Origin: Trichinella spiralis
Lineage: Eukaryota
Reading direction: 5' to 3'
Assembly: GCF_000181795.1 (NCBI RefSeq)
Contig: NW_003526945.1
Location: 3,233,513 to 3,297,512 of the forward strand
DNA length: 64,000 bases
This document shows positions 55,958-64,000 of this stretch, one piece after another (positions within the stretch are counted from its first letter, which is position 1; the number at the start of each line of letters is the position of its first letter). The notes beneath the pieces are model-generated. The model was given only the letters and a program-made list of their open reading frames with translations. It did no database searches and had not been told where the DNA came from. A program made the translations under genes and the position numbers.

Positions 55958-56594
55958 ATGAGTTTTTCCTTTCATTACAGTATCATTTTTATGTTATCAC
56001 ATCCTATAATACCATATCAATTGTACAATAATATTATATTGTTGTGTTTTTTACATTTAATGTTACTTCTGTTAATTATTTTTATTTTTATTTATTCAAC
56101 AGCTATTTAACTATTTAGCAGCTATTTAACAGTGAACAGCATTACAAAAATGGAATACGATACTTTAAAATATACTATTTTGCTTCATATTTATTAAAGC
56201 TTCTGAAAGCCATTAATTTACTTATAAATTTTTGAAATTATATTTAACCTATTAAGTGGTATCCATGTTGAACTCCGCTGCATATATACCTGAATATCTT
56301 CTTTGTTTGAGCTTACTGTACTTTAGGTCATCTTGAAAAGTGGATTCCGTTGATATTGTGAGCTGGTAGAAGATTATGTACAAATTTTATTTGTATTGTT
56401 TCATTTGAGGTAATAAGTTGCTTTATTTACTTTTATTCATTTTGTTGCTATGATATTATTTGGTTTTCTTATTCGAAGCGTTGAGTTGCTTCATGATTTA
56501 AAGTGACTGTTGAGGTTAAGTTGTTGCTGTTTTTAAAATGAACGTTATGTTACTGCTTTGGTTGTAGTTATCATTGGTGTGTTGCTTTGTCAAC

Positions 56595-59461
56595 ATGGAA
56601 TGCAAAGATTCAGCTCATCAAGAACGTGGAGCTGATAACAAATCTTTAAATGCACTTGAGTGCCTTCAAAATGCGTACAATAGCAGCTCTGATGAGCAAT
56701 CTGATGATGGAATTGAACAGCACCAAGTAGAGAAAGGCAGTTTTCAAAACATTTCTTTGCATTTTTCGAAATCGAAAGGAACACTTGTAAAACGAAACCT
56801 AGCACCTGAACTTCCTTATGAGGTTTGTTTATTTTGTTTTTCGACAGTGATTTCATTTTGAATTTTCTCAGAACAATTCCAAGGTGGTTCATGTTGTGGA
56901 TTTGAAAAAAGAGCTGCAGCACAACGCCTGTTATGATGAAATATTTCTTCCTCTTGTGAGTTTATTCATTATTTTTAGATTTGTTATGGAACACTATTAC
57001 TTCTGGGGTTCTTTTTTAACATTTGTTGAAATGGTTATGATTGCGTTTTACGTTGAATGGATATTATGAAATTTTACTTTTAGCAAGGTCCGTCAAACCC
57101 GTTCAAAAGTGCGAAGCAGCAGATGCTTCGCAATACTTTAACAGGTTTTGTTGAACCAGCTCACATCAATGATTTTAATTTTGAAAATGAACGACGTACA
57201 TTCGAAAGTTACGGTAAGTTGATGTAGCCCATTAAAACTTGTTTAATATTAGTTACTGTTGTAGGTTATGCGAAAGATCCGACTGCAGATGTGCCGTCTG
57301 ACCGTATTATAGGTGATGTAGAAAGTGCTGCTAAATATAATGGTTTGACTGCTTTTGAATCGGGAAAACGTTTGAAAGAAACTGAAGAAAAAAGGGAAAA
57401 GCTTAAAAATTATGATTCCAGCGATGTTCAGAATTTTACTGGACCGTGGGCGCCATACGTTGGTGAACAACGCATTTCTGCACCAGATGCGGAAACAATG
57501 CTAGAAATTGAGGAAATGAACAGAAAGCGCAAGAAAATAATTAAAATGCAGAAATCTGAAATGCATGAACCGGAGCGTTCGTTATTGCACAGTGCGTGTC
57601 TCAAAAGTGTTAGTTACTTTGTTTGTATGTAACATTATACATTTTTAGTTTCGGATACTGTCGATTATCAGGGCAGAACGTTTATGTGTGCCCCGCATGA
57701 TGAAGGAGTTAACTTGAGAGCTGATGCTGTTCCGGAACGGTGTTACATACCAAAGAAACTAATCCATACGTGGACAGGTCACAAGAAAGGTGTTCAAGTT
57801 ATTCGCTGGTTCCCAAGCTCGGCTCACATGCTTTTATCTGGCAGTTTAGACTGTCGTATCAAAGTGAGGATAAATTTCACTACTGTACTGTACAATTTAA
57901 AGTTATTTTCATCAGTATAATTTTAACATAATCTGTTGTCATATAACGAGTTAAACATTTTTTTGACAGTTTTCTTCATCTTACCCGTTTATTTACAAAG
58001 TTTACCTAAAAATAGTTTTGACATTTTCCTGTCAGTTGGGTTTTGAATTCCTTTTAAAGCGGTTAAAGTGTGCTTATTTTACAATGTTTAATCTGATTAA
58101 AAGCAAACAGTGAATCAATGATAATAACGGTGAACTGGAATAACTGTTCTGTTTATGTTCTGCGTTTTTTTCCTTTTTATTATCAGTATTTTTTGTCACT
58201 TGAAGCAACTTTAAACCAATGTTCAAACTATTAAGTTGAGATTACTCTTAAAAGCATAAATTAGAATAGTATAGAATAGAGAAGAACACCGTACATTTTT
58301 CTTGATGTCGCAGTTTTTATTTTTACATTAAAATAGTTGACAAACTTGATTTGAATTTTTAGTTGTGGGAAGTTTATCGTGGGCGAAGATGCATTCGAAC
58401 ATACATGGGGCACAGAATGGCAGTTCGCGATTTATCGTTTAATAATGCAGGAACGCAATTTCTGTCTACATCTTACGACCGTACAATCAAACTTTGGGAT
58501 ACTGAAACTGGTAAAGATGTCTGTTAGTTAGTTTGGTTAGTTATTTAGGAGAAATATCTTTTCAGGACAATGCAAAGAGCGTTTTACTCCAGGAAAAGTT
58601 GCCTATTGTGTGAAGTTCAATCCAGACGATGACAAGCAGGATTTATTCATTTGCGGCATGCAGGACAAAAAAGCCGTTCAGGTTGGAAAAAATTTTTTCC
58701 CTTTGGTTCTTGTTTTCAATATTTATAACATTTATTTATAGTATGATTTGAGAAGTGGTGAAATTGTTCAAGAATATGACCGACACTTGGGTGCCGTGAA
58801 TACTGTAACATTTTTTGACAAAAATCGCAGATTTTGCACCACTTCTGATGATAAATCAATGCGAATTTGGGAATGGTATTTTTGAATTTATGAATACTTT
58901 ATAATACTTCGGCTTGTAGTACCAGAACACTTTTAGGGGCATTCCTGTTGATACAAAGTTGATACAAGATCCTGGAATGTATTCCATGCCAGCAGTGACG
59001 ATGTCTCCAAATGGTGAACTGCCATTTATTTTTGAAGAAAATTATTTTGCATTGATTTATCAATTTAGAAAAGTGGCTAGCCTGTCAAGCTATGGATAAT
59101 CGAGTGGTGATATTTCAAGTTGTGGATGATAAAATTCGTTTCTGTCGAAAGAAATGTTTCCGTGGCCACATTGTCGCTGGCTATGCATGCAGTGTTGACT
59201 TTTCATCGGATATTTCGTAAATGATCGATTTTATAGTTCGATTATGACAATAATGTTGTTAAATGTTGAATTAACAATTATAGGTATCTTCTGAGTGGCG
59301 ATTCGGATGGCAAAATTTTCCTATGGGATTGGAAAACTAGGCGTATTGTTGCACGTTGGAAAGCTCACGATGGTGTTTGCATGAGCGTGTTGTGGCATCC
59401 TCATGAGTCTAGCAAAGTTGCGTCCTGCGGATGGGATGGTACTATTAAGTTCTGGGATTAG
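56595..59461 (+). CDS. CDC40: Pre-mRNA processing factor 17 (CDC40/PRP17), WD40 splicing factor, multi-exon
   Basis: [111 protein letters not shown]. Confidence 0.95.
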
Positions 59462-59893
59462 CTTTTTTTAAATACACGACGGCTGTTCCACCATTTACGC
59501 ATATTTTTATTCATTTATCATGTAGTTGATGATTGCATAGATTAGTCGAAAAAGTGATTTTGACCCTATATTTATGATGTGCAATAAAAATCTTATTCGT
59601 GTGAAAGTAATTTTGTGGTCGACGTGAAATTGCTTTTGCAGTAACATCGCGGCAGAAAACATCAAAGCAAATATGCAACATGCTAATAACGTGAAATTTT
59701 TATCGAATTTCAATTTGTCGAATATAATAAGTTTTGCTCTTTGATTCTCTTTTAAATGAATGAAAACCATAAATGCAGGCTGACTTGTAAATCAATGGAG
59801 TAAATTAAAGTATTTCACAAATAATGCTTAACGATATAAAAAGCATCCTTGAACAAATACAGTATAATATATTCAAGTAACCGTTGTGAATAG

Positions 59894-59907
59894 GTTGTCA
59901 TGGAAAC
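59894..59907 (+). promoter_or_regulatory. X-box (RFX/DAF-19 site) GTTGTCATGGAAAC about 80-90 bp upstream of the TMEM67/mks-3 ATG
   Basis: Matches GTHNYY-AT-RRNAAC at the position typical of nematode ciliary genes. Confidence 0.8.
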
Positions 59908-59985
59908 GCGTATTTGTTGGTTCAGTCAGTCACTAGACACAGATGCTGAATTTTGAAAATTTTAGCCTAATTTAAAAAAGCCGTA

Positions 59986-62900
59986 ATGCATTTCTTTTTC
60001 TCACTATTAACAATATTCATTTCTAAAAGCGTCAGTTTAACATTTGTCAATCCCGAAAGTTGTGCCTTGGATCAGTATTTCGATTCATCACAACTAATCT
60101 GCAAGCAATGTCCACCTGGTAGTCGAGCGACGGCTGATCGTAAGATTTTGCAGCTTGAAATTATTATCGATATGAAAGTTTGATTTTTCAAAAAAAAAGT
60201 AATAATAATAACTAACATTTACCAGATCAATCGTGCAGTTGTGATGAAAAGCATAAAAAGACGCAGGCTGACAATCAATCGAAAATTGAATGTACACCAT
60301 GTTCAGAAGGACAAATTGCTAGTGTTGATGGTTGGGGATGCATTGGGCAAATTTCAGATACAAATACGTGCCAATTGAACGAAGCAAGAAGTATGAATTT
60401 GCAAATTAAATACATTTGTACACGTGAAATGTTTGTAACTTTTTCAAAGGTTTTCGTCAAACGAATGGGCTACTTTTGCCTAAAGTAACATGTACGCCAT
60501 GCGTATCAGGCACACATCCTCGGCCAGATTCAACCGTATGCATTCCTTGCGATCAGATAATTTATGGTTCACAGTGTCTCTGTGAACCACCAAATGTAAA
60601 AGTAAGTATTTTTCTCACTTCAAAGATAACATCATCGTTTATTGTTTGCCTATTGAAGATTGATGGCATATGTGTAAATCCAAATGACTTAGTTACCGAT
60701 TCACCTAATCTATACATCATACACGAAGTGCGTTGCTGTACTAAACAATTATTTATGTGGAAATTTATGGAAATTTATTTTAGAATGGATTAAAAATCGA
60801 AACTACATTTTTCAGAAACCATCTTCGCATTGCAGAATACATGTGTCGGGTAAATTTATTTGATAATTTTGATAATATTCATAATCAAATATTTGTTCTA
60901 TTAAATTATGACACATATTATGGACAAATAAACTATCAATGACACTTATATGGTTTGAAAAGAGATATTGTTTTATTGAGATTTTCTGCCAAATTGAAAA
61001 TGAATTCATTACAAAATTGTTATATATCACATATTATGTGGAATTATTTTATTCTGTTTTAGAAATTTCAAAATCAAACCGCATGCCAACTTCTTGGAAA
61101 TCTTTGTGTGCTTTTGCATTATAAACGTGGAGAAAAAAATAGAGGCTATGGAAGAAATGCTTGCGATCTGTTTTTGAGAATAACAAGAGACGACAATGAA
61201 ATTTTTGTAGAATGGTAATTGCATTGTTTATGCATTTTACCAATAAAAAAATAATATTAGATGAATAAATTTGATAATTTATCTTTTTCAATAGGAACCT
61301 TATGTTAAGTTTATAAAATGAGTCAAAATTTTCTAATCGATCATATTTTCATAAAAAGTGAAATACCTTTTATTAAATATGAAAATATGGAAAACTTACC
61401 GTTTTCAGTTTTCAGGTCACAAGGAATGCCTTGGTTGTATTATTTGCATGATTCAGCGGAACATATTCTCAGCAAATCGGATATACCTGTTCAGTATAGC
61501 TTTGAAAGTGAAAATCGAAATTCCAGTTTTCTAAACTTTATGCTAGCTGCGTATTCTTTGACTGGAGAATATTTGGGCATGTTGCCCGCTACTGACGGAT
61601 CATTACAACTCTGCATGTTGACGAGATCAAGTCGCGCGTTCACTTTCCAAGTTGGAAAATACTACATGCAGCAGGTGTGTGTGTGTGTGTGTAGTAATTT
61701 TGTAAAAAAAAAGAATTTTCAGGATCTAATTTCAAAATAGGTTAAAATTTGCATTGATCCTTAGATAATCTGTTGATTGTACATTAACTTTTAGTTGGTT
61801 TTATTCATTTTATTTTCATGATATATAAATAAGAAAACAATGTGAAATAATTGTCTTCTTCTTCATTTTCAGTGCAATATTGGTACAGAATTGTTGAAGG
61901 AATTGCCAGATACAGTATTTTTTGATGTGTGTAAGTGCAGCTACATTTTGACTAAGTTTTGACTATTTTTTGCAAACTGGTTTTGCAATTTAGACTTAAA
62001 ATACGACAGTTTTGAAAATGTATCCGCGGTCGAATTGTATCCTGTTCCTGTTTTGAATTTGAATTATGAAGAAGAAATGGGCTATCCGAACAAAATTGGT
62101 ACGCAAAATTGAGTTTAAATTTCTTAAAGATAAAGATTTGTCGCTTTTAAAAACAGCTAACGCTCCGTGGCTTTGGCATTTGAATCGGCGAATATGGCTT
62201 ATCGACATGAGCAGTACGAAAGAATCATCAGTTGAAGAAAATAGATTAGTTCGATATGCGAAAAGAATTTCAATCCAGTAAATCAAAATTGACGCTCATT
62301 TTAATCCACACATCTTGTCTGATTCGCGCATCTTCCAGAACAACGGTCCAGCTATACAATGATGGAAAAATTGTTCCTCCTCTATTTACAATCGAATATT
62401 CATCAATTTCTCTGGAAAGCTTAAAAAATGGAAAAACAATGCCAGTAAGTTAAAATATCTTTTGTTACAATATCAAAATTATTATCTTTTATTACGTGAA
62501 TTTTTCTATTTACAGTACTACCTTTTTAAATGGCCGTAGCGGTGCATGACATGACAAATTTAATTAAACAAAAACAATTATATTTTTTGCATAAATAAAA
62601 CCAAAATTTTCGTAAAATTAATTTTAATTTATCAATAGACAAAAAACAAAAGAAAATATTTTGTAAAAAATTAATATTTTCAGATCACTTTCGAAGTAGT
62701 GTACGTCGATTCCGAGGACAATTTGTCATTTTTTTTGAAAATTACTCTAACCGTATCGGTGGTATTGTGCGTAGTGCTGGCAATTTTTCGTTCCTGGACT
62801 TGGGCAAAACAGACGGGCAAGAGAGTTTTAGATTTCGCGGTAATTCAAACAGTCGACAGTGAATTTTTCCCCATTTTTTTAAAATGAAAATTATTACTTT

Positions 62901-64000
62901 CAGGCATTGATAAAATTTATTGTTGCTTTTTGTTCGTTTGCGTCGACAATTGTGTATTGCATAATTGCGGTTGCTTCGTTTTACACTTTGATGATTCACA
63001 AGGTAAAATAAAATTAAAAAAATACCGTTTGGTTTGTATTGTTGTCTGATTATTTGAGTGGACGTTGATTTCAGAGCAAACGGCATCCTCACGTTTTGAT
63101 GCCTTCGTTTGAAGGAGAAAAATTGTGGATTTTGATTCTTATTGTCGCATTCGCTTTTAAAGTAAGTATTTTCAAATTTTGTCCAACCGCTTTGAATATT
63201 TACAATTTTGTCCAGGTAGTGGATATGGTTCTGTTTTACATTGAACAAATTACATCTGAAGTTTTCTTCATCGACTGGGAAAAGCCTCGACCAGCTGGTT
63301 CCCGTAAAAAGGAAGCTTCATCGTCGGCCAGTATGATCAGTTCTAGTGCTTCGACAGTGTCCATTTGGCGGTTGGTTATTATTGCAAACGAATGGAATGA
63401 AATTCAAACTTATCGTAAAAGTTCTCACAGTTTTCAGTTGATTGTTGTACTATTTTTTCTGAAAGTAACTGAATTTTTTTTTCAACATTATTATGAATTA
63501 TTATTAAATTTATTGATTAGGTTTTACATTTTGAATCGTTAGCATCGGTGGAACCTGGATTTCAACTTGAACAAATTAGCAATGAATCATGCGACACTAG
63601 CCTTTCTCGTCTTGCGATAGTTGGTTCGTTGTACTTTATCGTATGGTCAGTTCAAGTAAGATTTCAAATTCGAATGTAATCTGTTCGAATTTTATTGTTT
63701 AGACTTGTATTTTCAGTGTATTTTCCACGTATTGATCACAGAACAATGTTTTTGGAATCAATTTCGTTATTTTATCGATTTATGCTCTGTTTGCAATGTA
63801 ATTTACTTTTTTTAAAAAATATACAAATATCTATATATTTGAGTAATGTTTTTTCTTCTCTAAATTTTAAGATTAGCGTTTTGGCACTGCGCTATCGTCT
63901 TTATGGATATTATTTGCACGGTAGATCGGTTCATGGATTTGCCGAAGCGGATATGGATGAAATTCACGAAATGCTCAGACGTGAAAAGGTAGGTGACAAG
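59986..64000 (+). CDS. TMEM67: Meckelin (TMEM67/MKS3), ciliary transition-zone membrane protein; 5' part, runs off the right edge
   Basis: Signal peptide, Cys-rich PESCALDQYFDSSQLICKQC, NQTACQLLGNLCV, MPWLYY, LYPVPVLNLNY, VFFIDWEKPR, VSIWR...NEWNEIQTYRK, FIDLCSVCNIS, GYYLHGRSVHGFAEADM. Confidence 0.95.

Overview
AT-rich eukaryotic DNA with many short GT-AG introns. Gene content and intron style suggest a nematode, plausibly a clade I form such as Trichinella (inference only). Left to right: (1) the 5' part of an EMI + EGF-repeat MEGF10/Draper/CED-1-like gene on the minus strand; (2) a divergent Pat1-like decapping-activator gene; (3) a ~21 kb cytoplasmic tandem-domain PTP gene with degenerate catalytic loops, three phase-compatible candidate alternative first exons and a candidate cassette exon; (4) a gene-poor 33-44 kb zone with a ~400 bp inverted duplicated CCAAT/TATA module, several long hairpins, short non-coding-looking exons and an orphan single-pass membrane protein gene whose 3' half is duplicated; (5) a Polycomb/CBX-like chromodomain gene; (6) two decayed Ty1/copia elements with internal 407-bp tandem arrays, flanking an intact Sts/UBASH3-like histidine-phosphatase-fold gene lacking its catalytic histidines; (7) CDC40/PRP17; (8) the 5' part of TMEM67/mks-3 with an X-box promoter. 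N-gaps lie at about 38154-38163 and 53868-53877. All gene models were assembled by eye from splice signals and reading frames; family assignments come from recalled motifs, not database searches, and identity figures are visual estimates.
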